Shown here: piece after piece, positions 39,194 to 49,285 of the stretch | Layout of the letters: each line of letters opens with the position of its first letter | Numbering within the stretch: position 1 is the first letter of the stretch | DNA from: Clostridia bacterium | GTDB lineage: Bacteria; Bacillota; Clostridia; JAAYHZ01 | Length of the DNA stretch: 64,000 nucleotides | Assembly (NCBI GenBank): GCA_050950825.1 | Contig: JBMNIH010000007.1 | Coordinates: forward strand, 96,001 to 160,000 | Reading direction: 5' to 3' | Made by a program: the position numbers and the translations under genes | The notes under the pieces: model-generated | Told to the model about the DNA's origin: nothing | Seen by the model: only the letters and a program-made list of their open reading frames with translations | Database searches by the model: none

Positions 39194-41758
39194 ATGTACA
39201 AGAGCGTTTTTTATTCGGACCAAGTATTGGCCGCCATTCGAAAGAACGGCGATACCATACAAGGGTGCGGAAAGCTTAGGGAGGACTCCGTTAAAAATGC
39301 GGAATATTGGATGAATTTAAGCTATGACGAGCTTTGGGGCCTTGTGTTTGACCCGAAGCTGGAACGGTCTTGGATGGTGCAGTCCGGCGGGATTTGCCCC
39401 TCCTGCAAAGACAAAGTCATCATGTACAATTGGATTATCGACGCGAAAAACAAACCGTGGAAGCTTCAATGCCCGAAATGCGGCGAATATTTCCCGAAAA
39501 ACGATTTTGAAGCTTACTACAAATCCGGATTGACTAAAACCGGAAAGTTCAGCTACGGTATGGCGGATCCTAGTCTGCTGTATAACGCGGAAACCGGGGA
39601 TCCGAACGATAAGTTCGGGGTGGATGCCGGATTCGGCTACATCGAAGACGGTATCAATTGGCGGTTTATCCCCACCTACCTTGTTTACGGACAGTGGAAG
39701 CAATTGATTTTAGGAGGTATCCGTGCCTTATCCGATGCTTACATCTACACCGGAGAAAAAGAATACGCAAGACGGGCTTTGATTCTTTTGGACCGGCTGG
39801 CGGACTTTTGGCCGGAATACGACTACAACAACCAAGGCTGGATGTACGAACGCTTCAACCTCAGTACGGGGTACATATCCTACAGCATTGACGGAGCCTT
39901 TGAGGTTTGCTGTTTAGCCACCGCTTACGATTCCGTGGCGAAGGTATTGTATGAGGATCCTTTCATAACGGAATACCTTACCTCCAAGCCTTCCATATCG
40001 CAGCAAATAAATGTAAAGAAAAGCACGGAAGACATTCGCCGAAACATTGAGGACCGAATCATTAAAGACTATATCGCTCATCCGGTGAAAATACACAGCA
40101 ACTACCCCTATACCGAAAGAGCCATTGTGGTAGGCAAAGCGATTCTGTATTGGTGGGAAAATCCGGAGCCCATTTTGGAGGAATTGGCGGAAATCGTAAG
40201 AGTCGCCACGTTATACGACGGCTTGACGGGAGAAAGCAGCCCCGGCGGGTATGCTACCATGGGCAAGCATGCCGTCGCTTCTTTGTTAAGCTTCTTCCTG
40301 CAAATGGACCCCGATATTGTAGCGAAAATTTACCGCAAGGTTCCCTCTTTGTACGATGCCTATCGCTTCCATATCGATATCCACTGTCTTGATCGATATT
40401 ATCCCACCTTAGGGGACGACGGCTACTTTACCATGCCTCGTGAAAAATACCCCAACAACGAAGGGGTGGAAAACCTCGTGATGTATAAGCTGTATGAAAT
40501 CACGAAGGATGCGGACCTTTTAAAGGTGCTTGTTCGAGACAACAAGGGATCCGCAAGCCGCTTGTTCGACCGGTTCATGTTTTTGGATAACATCGAGGAA
40601 TTGGAACGGAAGGTCATAGAGGTTGTAGAAAAAGAAGGAACGGAAATCCGATTAGGCAGCATCAAGAAGGATACTTGGGAAATTGCCGTATTAAGAAGCG
40701 GAGAAGGTCCGAATAAACGGGCGGTTTGGTTTAATTTCGGCGCCAATAAAACCCACCATAGGCACGGAGACGCCATGACCATCGGGATGTACTACAAGGG
40801 AGCCGATGTGATGGCGGACTTAGGATATCCCAATGTGGGATTCGGAGGAGGCTGGTGGTCAAAGGAAGCCGCTTGGACCATGGGAACCATATCCCACAAC
40901 GTGGTTACAAGAAATCGACGGGACCAGGGACGTCAAAAAGGAACCATGACCCTGTGGCATCCTGACGATTTTATTCAAATCGCAAGATCCAACGCCCCCG
41001 GGATTATTCGGGATTCGGAAAAATACGAAAGAACGCTGGCCTGGATCGATGTTTCCGAAGAGGATTCCTACTTAATCGACGTATTTCGAGTGACGGGTAA
41101 AAACGGTCTTTATGAAAAGTTTACCCGCGCCAACGTAGGAACCTTGTCCGTAAACGGATTAAGACTGGAAAAGGCGGGCTTGGAGTATCCGGACAACGTT
41201 TTCATGAAGGATTTTCAAAAAGCATCGCCTACGGAGGAAGGATGGTTTTTGGATCTTGCCATCGACGACGTTTTAAACGTATTTTCCACCCGTGAGAAGA
41301 TTCATTGGAAATACAAGAGCTTCACGGAAGGAGAAACCTTGTATATCGCAAGCAGCTGGGTTCCGCCTTCCATGGAGATGTTAGCAAAAGGACACCAAGG
41401 CTTTTGGATGCCGGCGATTATCGACGCAAAAGAATTGGAAACCGACGGAACGGTGACCTTTGTATCGGTGATGGAGCCCTACACGGAAAAATCGAATATC
41501 GCAAGCTGTTCGCGAATCGGTACCGGATGCGATCGAAACGTGGTGCTGACGACCGAGCTGTCCGACGGAAGGACTGATGTTGTCCTTCTTTTGGATCCGG
41601 ACGGACCGCAAAAGGAAGCATCCATCCGTGTAAAGGATCGTAATATTACCTGTAATGCCCAATGGGCGATTCTTCGCTTGTCGCAAGACGGGTCCGTAGC
41701 GGATTATCGTAAGGATGAAAGAGGGATTCTCTCCGTAGACGGAAAAGACCTCGTATAA
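39194..41758 (+). CDS. Heparinase II/III-like lyase family protein
   Basis: Alpha-rich N-terminal half; VLRSG, HHRHGD, D.GYP, W..GTISHNVV. Confidence 0.75.
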   Translation: MYKSVFYSDQVLAAIRKNGDTIQGCGKLREDSVKNAEYWMNLSYDELWGLVFDPKLERSWMVQSGGICPSCKDKVIMYNWIIDAKNKPWKLQCPKCGEYFPKNDFEAYYKSGLTKTGKFSYGMADPSLLYNAETGDPNDKFGVDAGFGYIEDGINWRFIPTYLVYGQWKQLILGGIRALSDAYIYTGEKEYARRALILLDRLADFWPEYDYNNQGWMYERFNLSTGYISYSIDGAFEVCCLATAYDSVAKVLYEDPFITEYLTSKPSISQQINVKKSTEDIRRNIEDRIIKDYIAHPVKIHSNYPYTERAIVVGKAILYWWENPEPILEELAEIVRVATLYDGLTGESSPGGYATMGKHAVASLLSFFLQMDPDIVAKIYRKVPSLYDAYRFHIDIHCLDRYYPTLGDDGYFTMPREKYPNNEGVENLVMYKLYEITKDADLLKVLVRDNKGSASRLFDRFMFLDNIEELERKVIEVVEKEGTEIRLGSIKKDTWEIAVLRSGEGPNKRAVWFNFGANKTHHRHGDAMTIGMYYKGADVMADLGYPNVGFGGGWWSKEAAWTMGTISHNVVTRNRRDQGRQKGTMTLWHPDDFIQIARSNAPGIIRDSEKYERTLAWIDVSEEDSYLIDVFRVTGKNGLYEKFTRANVGTLSVNGLRLEKAGLEYPDNVFMKDFQKASPTEEGWFLDLAIDDVLNVFSTREKIHWKYKSFTEGETLYIASSWVPPSMEMLAKGHQGFWMPAIIDAKELETDGTVTFVSVMEPYTEKSNIASCSRIGTGCDRNVVLTTELSDGRTDVVLLLDPDGPQKEASIRVKDRNITCNAQWAILRLSQDGSVADYRKDERGILSVDGKDLV

Positions 41759-41788
41759 CGGAGCACCCGAAGAAAGGAGAGTTCAGAA

Positions 41789-42742
41789 ATGGTGAAAATC
41801 ACGGGCACGGATCTGGTCGTTTCTCCTTTGTGCTTGGGTTGCGCCGTCATCGGCAGTTCCTTTGACAAAAAGGAATCCTTTGATTTGCTGGACTTGTTTA
41901 CGGGTATGGGCGGTAACTTTTTGGATACCGCCCTTAATTATGCCGATTGGGCATATCCCGAAAAAAGCATAAGCGAGAAAACCATCGGTTTGTGGATGAA
42001 AGAAAGAAAAAATCGAGATCGTGTCACGATAGGGACAAAGGTGGCCCAAATCGATTTTAACACCGGGTATGTGCGAATCCGGAAGGAGGAAATAACGGAA
42101 GATGTGATGACCTGCCTTAAAAATCTGCAAACGGACTACATCGATTTGTTGTACCTTCATCGTGACCTTGAAGATGTACCGGCGGAGGAAATCACGGAGA
42201 CGTTACGGAAGTTAAAAAAAGAAGGCTTGATCCGCTATTACGGATTTTCCAATTGGAGCACGGACCGTCTGAAAAAGGTGCGGGAGTTGGTAGGAGACAC
42301 CGGAGGCTTCGCCGCCAACCAACCCATGTGGAGCTGTGCTCGAATCAATAAAGAGAGCTTAAGCGATCAAACCTTACGAATCATGGACGACGAAATGTTT
42401 CTTTTCCATAAGGAAACAAAGCTTACGGCGGTGCCTTTTACCTCCCAAGCGAGAGGATATTTTGCGAAGCTGGAGGAAGGAAGGGTATCTTCATCGCTGA
42501 AAAAAATCTATGACAACGAAGAAAATCGAAAGCGCTTTGAAAGGCTTAAAAAATGCTCGGAAGAAACCGGACTTTCCGTAAACGACTTGAGCTTGGCATA
42601 TCTTAAGTCCATGCCCTTCCCGACGGTACCCATCATCGGGTTTAAGGATAAAGAGCAGCTTTTACAAAATTTAAAAAACATGGACATAACGTTGCCGGAA
42701 AAAACGGTTATGTATATCAGGGGGGAAAGCAACCTGTTTTAA
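41789..42742 (+). CDS. Aldo/keto reductase
   Basis: GNFLDTA..Y, TK, LQTDYIDL.YLH and GFSNW. Confidence 0.92.
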   Translation: MVKITGTDLVVSPLCLGCAVIGSSFDKKESFDLLDLFTGMGGNFLDTALNYADWAYPEKSISEKTIGLWMKERKNRDRVTIGTKVAQIDFNTGYVRIRKEEITEDVMTCLKNLQTDYIDLLYLHRDLEDVPAEEITETLRKLKKEGLIRYYGFSNWSTDRLKKVRELVGDTGGFAANQPMWSCARINKESLSDQTLRIMDDEMFLFHKETKLTAVPFTSQARGYFAKLEEGRVSSSLKKIYDNEENRKRFERLKKCSEETGLSVNDLSLAYLKSMPFPTVPIIGFKDKEQLLQNLKNMDITLPEKTVMYIRGESNLF

Positions 42743-42783
42743 TATCTATTGACCCTAAAAATCGTATCTTGTATAATGATATA

Positions 42784-42795
42784 GAATAAATGTTC
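42784..42795 (+). promoter_or_regulatory. LexA (Cheo)-like SOS box
   Basis: GAAT-AAAT-GTTC (one mismatch to GAAC-N4-GTTC), just after a TTGACC..TATAAT promoter. Confidence 0.6.
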
Positions 42796-42805
42796 GAAGG
42801 CGGTA

Positions 42806-45103
42806 TTGTTAGCAATGAATATGGTTCAAATATTGGATTCACTGAAGAACAACCAAAGGTTCGGTGAAAACATTACAAAATGGGTGGAGATTCCGGAAAG
42901 AGAAGCCGTCTATTGCGACTTTCCTTCTTCCATGGACCAAAGAATCAAGGATGCATTGATGAAACGAGGCATCAAACAACTGTATTCTCACCAAAAAAGC
43001 GCCTTTGAAAAAGCCGTATCCGGAAAGGACATCGTGGTGGTTACTCCGACGGCTTCCGGTAAAACCTTGTGCTTTCATTTGCCGGTATTGGATGCCGTAT
43101 TAAAGGATCCCGATTCCCGAGCCTTGTTTTTGTTTCCCACCAAGGCTTTGGCCCAAGACCAAATGCTGGAGCTTCACGATGTGATCACGGAAATGGGCGT
43201 GGACGTGAAAACCTACACCTACGACGGCGATACGCCCCAATCGGCTCGAAAAGCGGTACGACAAGCGGGCCATATCGTGGTTACCAATCCGGACATGCTT
43301 CATTCCGGTATTCTTCCGCACCATACCAAATGGACCAAATTGTTTGAAAACTTAAAATACGTGGTTATTGACGAGATTCACCACTACCGAGGGGTATTCG
43401 GAAGCCATTTGGCCAACGTGATACGAAGGCTTCATCGCATATGCAGGTTTTACGGATCCGATCCCGTATTTATCTGCTGCTCCGCTACCATCGCCAACCC
43501 GAAAGAGCTGTCCTCTAAAATCATAGGAAGAGAGACGGAGGTGGTGGACAACAACGGGGCTCCTTCCGGAAAGAAGTATCTTTTGTTCTACAATCCCCCT
43601 ACGGTCAATAAGGAATTGGGCATACGAAAAAGCAGCATCAAGGAAGCCTATTATTTGGCGGAGCAATTCATTAAAAACGATATTCAAACCATCATATTCG
43701 CCCAAAGCCGAGTTCGGGTGGAGCTTTTGGCCACTTATTTAAAAAGCATTTTCTTCGGACGCCTGCAGCAGGAGCAGAAAATCCGAGCCTACCGCGGAGG
43801 CTATTTGCCTTTGCTAAGAAGAGAAATCGAACGAGGACTTCGAAGCGGAGAGATACGGGGCGTGGTATCCACCAATGCCTTGGAGCTGGGGATCGATATC
43901 GGCGCCTTGGAGGCCTGTATCATATGCGGATACCCGGGTTCGGTGGCCAGCACTTGGCAGCAGGCCGGCCGCGCCGGAAGAAGAAACGGCGTTTCCGTGG
44001 CCATTCTCGTAGCGGACAGCAGTCCTTTAAACCAATACATCATATCCAATCCGGACTATTTTTTACAAAGCAAATCGGAAAACGCCATGATCAATCCGGA
44101 CAACTTGACCATCCTATACAGCCACATTATGTGTGCCGCTTTTGAGCTGCCCTTTGAGGACGGGGAGGTTTTCGGGCCGAATACCTTGCCGGAGCTGCTA
44201 AAATACATGGAAGAGGCCAAGCTACTTCGCCACGTGCAGAACCGATGGTACTGGATGAGCGAGCAGTTTCCCGCCAACGCCATCAGCCTTCGGACCTCCA
44301 CCAATGAAAACTTTGTCATTATCGATATATCCGATCCGAAGCACAGCGTCATAGGGGAAACCGATTGGTTCAGCGCTCCTATGCTGCTTCATGAAGAGGC
44401 CATCTATATCCACGAAGGGAACCAATACCAAGTGGAAAAATTGGATTACACCGAAAAAAAGGCGTATGTGAGAAGAGTGGACGTCGACTACTATACCGAC
44501 GCCAACCTTGCGGTGGATCTGAAGGTTTTGGAGGTGTTCAAGGAGGACGAAAGCCAAACGATCGGACGGTATTGGGGAGACGTGATGATCTCTGCTTTGG
44601 TTACCATGTTTAAGAAGATCAAGCTTCTTACCCACGAAAACATCGGCGCGGGACATGTGAACCTACCCGAAACCGAAATGCATACGACGGCCTATTGGAT
44701 CACCTTTCCCGAGGAGCTGGAGCGGGAATTGGGAAAAGAAAAGCTGGAAGACGCTCTTCTGGGCTTATCCAACGTGTTGGGCAACTGCGCTCCCTTTTAT
44801 TTGATGTGCGATGTAAAGGACATCCGCGTGGTGTACCATGTAAAATCGGTCTTTACGCAAAAACCCACCATCTATATTTACGACAATGTTCCGGGCGGCG
44901 TAGGCTTCAGTGAAAAACTGTTTACTCTCCATAAAAATCTTTACCAAATGGCGAAGGACCTGATACAAAAATGCGGATGTACAAACGGATGCCCTTCCTG
45001 TATCGGTGCCTATACGGAATTTTCAGGAAGTGAAAATTTGAAGGATGCCATTCTTGCTTTGATTAACATTATTCTTGCCGAAGAAACAAAGACGGTGGAA
45101 TGA
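42806..45103 (+). CDS. mrfA: DEAD/DEAH helicase with DUF1998 (MrfA/YprA-like)
   Basis: TPTASGKT, DEIH, SAT, QAGRAGR, and C-terminal CGC..GCPSC. Confidence 0.9.
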   Translation: MLAMNMVQILDSLKNNQRFGENITKWVEIPEREAVYCDFPSSMDQRIKDALMKRGIKQLYSHQKSAFEKAVSGKDIVVVTPTASGKTLCFHLPVLDAVLKDPDSRALFLFPTKALAQDQMLELHDVITEMGVDVKTYTYDGDTPQSARKAVRQAGHIVVTNPDMLHSGILPHHTKWTKLFENLKYVVIDEIHHYRGVFGSHLANVIRRLHRICRFYGSDPVFICCSATIANPKELSSKIIGRETEVVDNNGAPSGKKYLLFYNPPTVNKELGIRKSSIKEAYYLAEQFIKNDIQTIIFAQSRVRVELLATYLKSIFFGRLQQEQKIRAYRGGYLPLLRREIERGLRSGEIRGVVSTNALELGIDIGALEACIICGYPGSVASTWQQAGRAGRRNGVSVAILVADSSPLNQYIISNPDYFLQSKSENAMINPDNLTILYSHIMCAAFELPFEDGEVFGPNTLPELLKYMEEAKLLRHVQNRWYWMSEQFPANAISLRTSTNENFVIIDISDPKHSVIGETDWFSAPMLLHEEAIYIHEGNQYQVEKLDYTEKKAYVRRVDVDYYTDANLAVDLKVLEVFKEDESQTIGRYWGDVMISALVTMFKKIKLLTHENIGAGHVNLPETEMHTTAYWITFPEELERELGKEKLEDALLGLSNVLGNCAPFYLMCDVKDIRVVYHVKSVFTQKPTIYIYDNVPGGVGFSEKLFTLHKNLYQMAKDLIQKCGCTNGCPSCIGAYTEFSGSENLKDAILALINIILAEETKTVE

Positions 45104-45104
45104 G

Positions 45105-46328
45105 ATGGATATCAAAAAACTGTTGGATAAGTACCAAATACGTCCTCAGGTGAAAAAAGAAGATACGGAAAATACGGTTTTAGATCGTGAAATTGACAAG
45201 CTTGTTCCCGGAAAGGTCGTGAACAACGAACACGGCAGCTATTTCATGACGGAGAACAGGTACCCTTTAACCTACCTTTACGGCGGTGTGCCTTTAGGCG
45301 ATCTTTTGGACATCGACGATGTTTCTTTCGAATGTTTGGCGGGAAATCCGTATTTGGATCCGAGGAGGATGCTTTTTTTGGATACGGAAACCACCGGACT
45401 TTCCTCCGGTACGGGAACCGTCGCTTTTTTAGTGGGAGTCGGTTTTTTGGAAGAAGATTGCTTTGTCCTCCGCCAATATTTCATGAGGGATTATCATGAA
45501 GAAGCCTCCTTGCTGTATGATTTGGGTGCGATACTGAAAAACGCCCAAAGCGTGGTGACCTACAACGGCAAATCCTTTGATTTGCCGTTATTAAACGCTC
45601 GTTTTATCGCCAATCGTTTTCGGCCGGGATTCGGCAATCCGGAGCATTTGGACCTTCTGCATATATCCAGGCTGTTTTGGAAGGGCGTTTACGAAAACTG
45701 CAGGCTGTGTACCATCGAAAGAGAAGTTTTAGGGGAAATACGGATCGAAGATATTCCCGGTGAGCAGATTCCTTTGGAGTACTTCCGTTATCTGGATACC
45801 AAAGATGCCACCGTCATGAAAAAGGTTCTTTCCCATAACGAATCGGATATTTTGACTTTAGCCGCTCTTTTGGTGCGTTTTTCCCGCATGGTGAAAAACC
45901 GCTTTTTCTCGGAAGAGGTTGTAGAGCTTACGGGCTTGAGCAAGCTGTATGAAAAAAGAGAGAATTACGACAGTATGACGGAATGCTTGGAAAGAAGATT
46001 TAATTTGGTTCCGGACGCTTGGGACTTTGATTCCCTCCGTCGAATTTCCGTCATATACAAAAGGACAGGAAGATACGACAAGGCTCTTTCTTTGTGGCGC
46101 TACTATTTCGAAAAAGAAGATCTTGACACGGCCATCGGATTAAAGGTCTATGCCGGAACGGAAATCGCAAAGTATTTGGAGCACAAAGAAAGGGATTACC
46201 TGTCCGCTCTGAAAACGGTGAACGAGTTGATTGTATTTTTAAAAAGCAAGCGTATTTTCGGACAAAAATACCTGCCCGAGCTGGATAAAAGAAAAAGCAG
46301 GCTGGAAAAATTGGTAAAACGGCGGTAA
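45105..46328 (+). CDS. mrfB: RNase H-like exonuclease with TPR (MrfB/YprB-like)
   Basis: LDTETTG, YNGKSFD, HLDL and HNESD; adjacent to mrfA. Confidence 0.88.
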   Translation: MDIKKLLDKYQIRPQVKKEDTENTVLDREIDKLVPGKVVNNEHGSYFMTENRYPLTYLYGGVPLGDLLDIDDVSFECLAGNPYLDPRRMLFLDTETTGLSSGTGTVAFLVGVGFLEEDCFVLRQYFMRDYHEEASLLYDLGAILKNAQSVVTYNGKSFDLPLLNARFIANRFRPGFGNPEHLDLLHISRLFWKGVYENCRLCTIEREVLGEIRIEDIPGEQIPLEYFRYLDTKDATVMKKVLSHNESDILTLAALLVRFSRMVKNRFFSEEVVELTGLSKLYEKRENYDSMTECLERRFNLVPDAWDFDSLRRISVIYKRTGRYDKALSLWRYYFEKEDLDTAIGLKVYAGTEIAKYLEHKERDYLSALKTVNELIVFLKSKRIFGQKYLPELDKRKSRLEKLVKRR

Positions 46329-46359
46329 AACCCGGTATACTAAAGGCATATCGGAAGGG

Positions 46360-47556
46360 ATGGATATGAAAGAAACCGACTTATACAAACCGGTAAAAGA
46401 ATTATTCGAAAAAATGGGATATACGGTCAACGGAGAAGTAAAGGACATGGATGTTACGGCGGTAAGAGGAGACGAATTGGTTGTCGTGGAATTGAAAACC
46501 GCTTTTAACATTACGCTGCTTCAGCAAGCGGTGAAAAGACAAAAGATAACGGAGCAAGTTTATGTGGCCATACCGAGGCCGGACTACAAAAAAAGATTCT
46601 CTCAAGATTTTAAGGATAAGGAATATCTTTTACGAAGGCTTTCCTTAGGTTTGATTTTGGTGGCCATGGACAGCCCGGTGCCTTACGCCTCCATTGCGTT
46701 AGAGCCGAAGCCCTATAAAGAGCGGACTTCATCAAAAAGCCAAATGAAGAAGGAAAAAGCTCTTCGAGAAATCGAGGAACGTCACGGAGATCATAATATC
46801 GGGGGAAGCAATCGCGTCCAAATCGTTACCGCTTACAGGGAATGCGTCCTTCGTATTGCGGGACTGATGGAGCTTTCGGCGCCTGTTACGGCGAAGGAAT
46901 TAAAGGATGCCGGATGCGGTCCGAAAACCTACTACATTTTAAAAAACAACTACTACGGCTGGTTCCGAAAAGATTCGGAAGGAAAATACCGACTGACGGA
47001 AAAAGCCTATCAAGAGATGGAACGGTATCGCGATCTTATCAATCTTCTGATTTTTGACTACCTTACAAAAGACGACCGAATGATAACTCTAAGAAAAGCC
47101 AAAATAGGAGAAGCAAAGCTTTTGTCCGAAATTGTAAAAGAATCCGTAAAAAACACGGAATACCCCGACGAAGAAGCAAAGGCTTATGAAAAAAAACATT
47201 CCGTAAGCCGAGAATACATTCGGGATTCTTTGGTTTACATAGCGGAAATCGGCGGAGAAATTGCGGGATTTTGGTCCCTGGTTGAAAGGACGGAAGACCT
47301 TTGGGAAGATGAAATCCTAAAGCAAAAAGGGTTCTGGCTGGACCGATTCTTTGTAAAACCGAAGTACAGGAATATGGGGGTAGGAAAAAGGATGTTTCAA
47401 TCGATAAAGGCCTACGGGGAAGAGAATAATATACGTCGTATATTCGGTTTGACGGATCCTCATACGGAGGGATTTTTCGATAAAATGGGAGTGCAATTGT
47501 CGGAAACGGTAGGATCCGATTTAAAGAATAGCAAGCTGATGGAGATTATCATATAA
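46360..47556 (+). CDS. DUF2161 putative PD-(D/E)XK protein fused to a GNAT domain
   Basis: ETDLY.PVK, EV..MD, VELK, TAYR and NYYGWF; C-terminal FVKPKYRNMGVG. Confidence 0.8.
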   Translation: MDMKETDLYKPVKELFEKMGYTVNGEVKDMDVTAVRGDELVVVELKTAFNITLLQQAVKRQKITEQVYVAIPRPDYKKRFSQDFKDKEYLLRRLSLGLILVAMDSPVPYASIALEPKPYKERTSSKSQMKKEKALREIEERHGDHNIGGSNRVQIVTAYRECVLRIAGLMELSAPVTAKELKDAGCGPKTYYILKNNYYGWFRKDSEGKYRLTEKAYQEMERYRDLINLLIFDYLTKDDRMITLRKAKIGEAKLLSEIVKESVKNTEYPDEEAKAYEKKHSVSREYIRDSLVYIAEIGGEIAGFWSLVERTEDLWEDEILKQKGFWLDRFFVKPKYRNMGVGKRMFQSIKAYGEENNIRRIFGLTDPHTEGFFDKMGVQLSETVGSDLKNSKLMEIII

Positions 47557-47578
47557 AGAAAGGCGAGGTGTTCTGAAG

Positions 47579-49270
47579 ATGAAAGATCGAAAAACCATCA
47601 CCGTTTACGTAGAAGGGAAAAAGGTGACCAACGTAAAAGAAGGTCTTACGGCGGGAGATTTGGCTCCGTTATTCGGAGGAAACCATATTGCTCCGATTAT
47701 AGCCGCGAAGATTAACAACCGAATCGTTCAATTAAGCGAGCCCTTAATCGATCAATGCAAGGTGGACTTTATCGATATGGATTCCGGGGACGGCGTCCGG
47801 ATTTACAAAAGAAGTCTTCAATTCTTGTTGGCTTTTGCCATGCATAAAATGATGCCTCATTGCAAATTAAAGATCAGTCATTCGGTCAGCAACGGGGTTT
47901 ACTGTACCGTGGAAGGCGTAAAAGCGGATGAGGAATTGGCTTCAAAGCTGGAAGCGGAAATGAAGAGGCTGGTATCTTTAGAGCTGCCCATCGAAGAGGT
48001 GATTGTGAATAAAAAGGAAGCCGTTAAGATATTGGAAAAGCAGGGCAGAGAGGACAGCATTATGGTGCTGGACTATCTGGACGAGGATAAGGTGACCTTT
48101 TACAAATGCCAAGACTACTACGATTCTTTTTTCAGCAGCATTGTAGCCAATACCCGCTATTTAAAGGTCTTCTCCATTCGCTACCATGAAGACGGTTTGG
48201 TCATCGTGCATCCCGTTCGATACGACAGCTCTCATGTTGCGGTATACAATCCTTCGGAAAAGCTGTTCCGCGTTTTTACGGAAAACAAGGAATGGGGTAA
48301 AATATTGGAGCTGGATACGGTAGGGCAATTGAACAAGATGGCTAAAAACGGTGAAATCCACGAAATGATTTTGGTAAGCGAAGCGCTGCAGTCGAAGAAA
48401 ATCAATGAAATTGCCGACGAGATCACAAGATTAGGAAGAAAGCTGGTGCTGATTTCGGGACCTTCTTCTTCCGGAAAAACCACCTTTTCAAGAAGATTGG
48501 CCATTGCTCTGCGGGTGAACGGTATTAAATCTACAACCATATCGCTGGACAATTACTACCGAGACCAAAGCGAGGCTCCCATCGGAGAGGACGGCCAAAT
48601 CGATCTTGAGCACATCGATACCTTGGATTTGAAGCTTTTGAACGACCAGCTTTCCGATATACTTCAATACAAAGAGGTGGAGGTCCCCATATTCAATTTC
48701 AATACGAAAAAAAGAGAACCGAAGGGCAGAATGTTTAGGGCGGAGAAAAACGGTGTTATCATTATGGAAGGAATACACGCTCTGAATAAGGATTTGACCA
48801 AAAAAATTCCCGATCATATGAAATACAAAGTGTATGTGAGCGCTTTAGCGACCATCAATATCGATGATCACGTTCGGATTTCCACCACCGACAACCGCTT
48901 GATCCGAAGAATGGTTCGGGATAAACAGTACAGAAACACGGAAGCGGAAGAAACGCTGATGAGATGGCCCAGTGTACGAGCGGGAGAAAAAAGGTGGATC
49001 TTCCCTTACCAAGAGGAAGCGGACATCATGTTTAATTCCGCTCTGTATTACGAGCTTAGCGTTTTGAAAAATATGGCGGAACCGCTGCTTTTGCAAATCG
49101 GGCCCGACAGTCCTCAATATCCCATTGCAAGGCGTTTATTGGATCTTTTGGATTATTTCCATCCCGTAAAACCCGATTATATCCCCAACAATTCCATTTT
49201 AAGGGAGTTTATCGGAGGAAGCTGCTTCCACGATGTTCATGAGGGCTTTAACACGGTGGTAGAGGTGTAA
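47579..49270 (+). CDS. Nucleoside (uridine) kinase with a TGS/ThrRS-like N-terminus
   Basis: GPSSSGKT, EGIHALN and RRMVRD. Confidence 0.88.
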   Translation: MKDRKTITVYVEGKKVTNVKEGLTAGDLAPLFGGNHIAPIIAAKINNRIVQLSEPLIDQCKVDFIDMDSGDGVRIYKRSLQFLLAFAMHKMMPHCKLKISHSVSNGVYCTVEGVKADEELASKLEAEMKRLVSLELPIEEVIVNKKEAVKILEKQGREDSIMVLDYLDEDKVTFYKCQDYYDSFFSSIVANTRYLKVFSIRYHEDGLVIVHPVRYDSSHVAVYNPSEKLFRVFTENKEWGKILELDTVGQLNKMAKNGEIHEMILVSEALQSKKINEIADEITRLGRKLVLISGPSSSGKTTFSRRLAIALRVNGIKSTTISLDNYYRDQSEAPIGEDGQIDLEHIDTLDLKLLNDQLSDILQYKEVEVPIFNFNTKKREPKGRMFRAEKNGVIIMEGIHALNKDLTKKIPDHMKYKVYVSALATINIDDHVRISTTDNRLIRRMVRDKQYRNTEAEETLMRWPSVRAGEKRWIFPYQEEADIMFNSALYYELSVLKNMAEPLLLQIGPDSPQYPIARRLLDLLDYFHPVKPDYIPNNSILREFIGGSCFHDVHEGFNTVVEV

Positions 49271-49285
49271 TAGGAATTTTAAAGA

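Noticed and set aside
42806-46328. DUF1998 helicase as a DISARM/Druantia defence system
   Set aside because: The partner is a YprB-like exonuclease, there is an SOS-like box, and no methylase or Drm genes are present, so it fits MrfAB repair.
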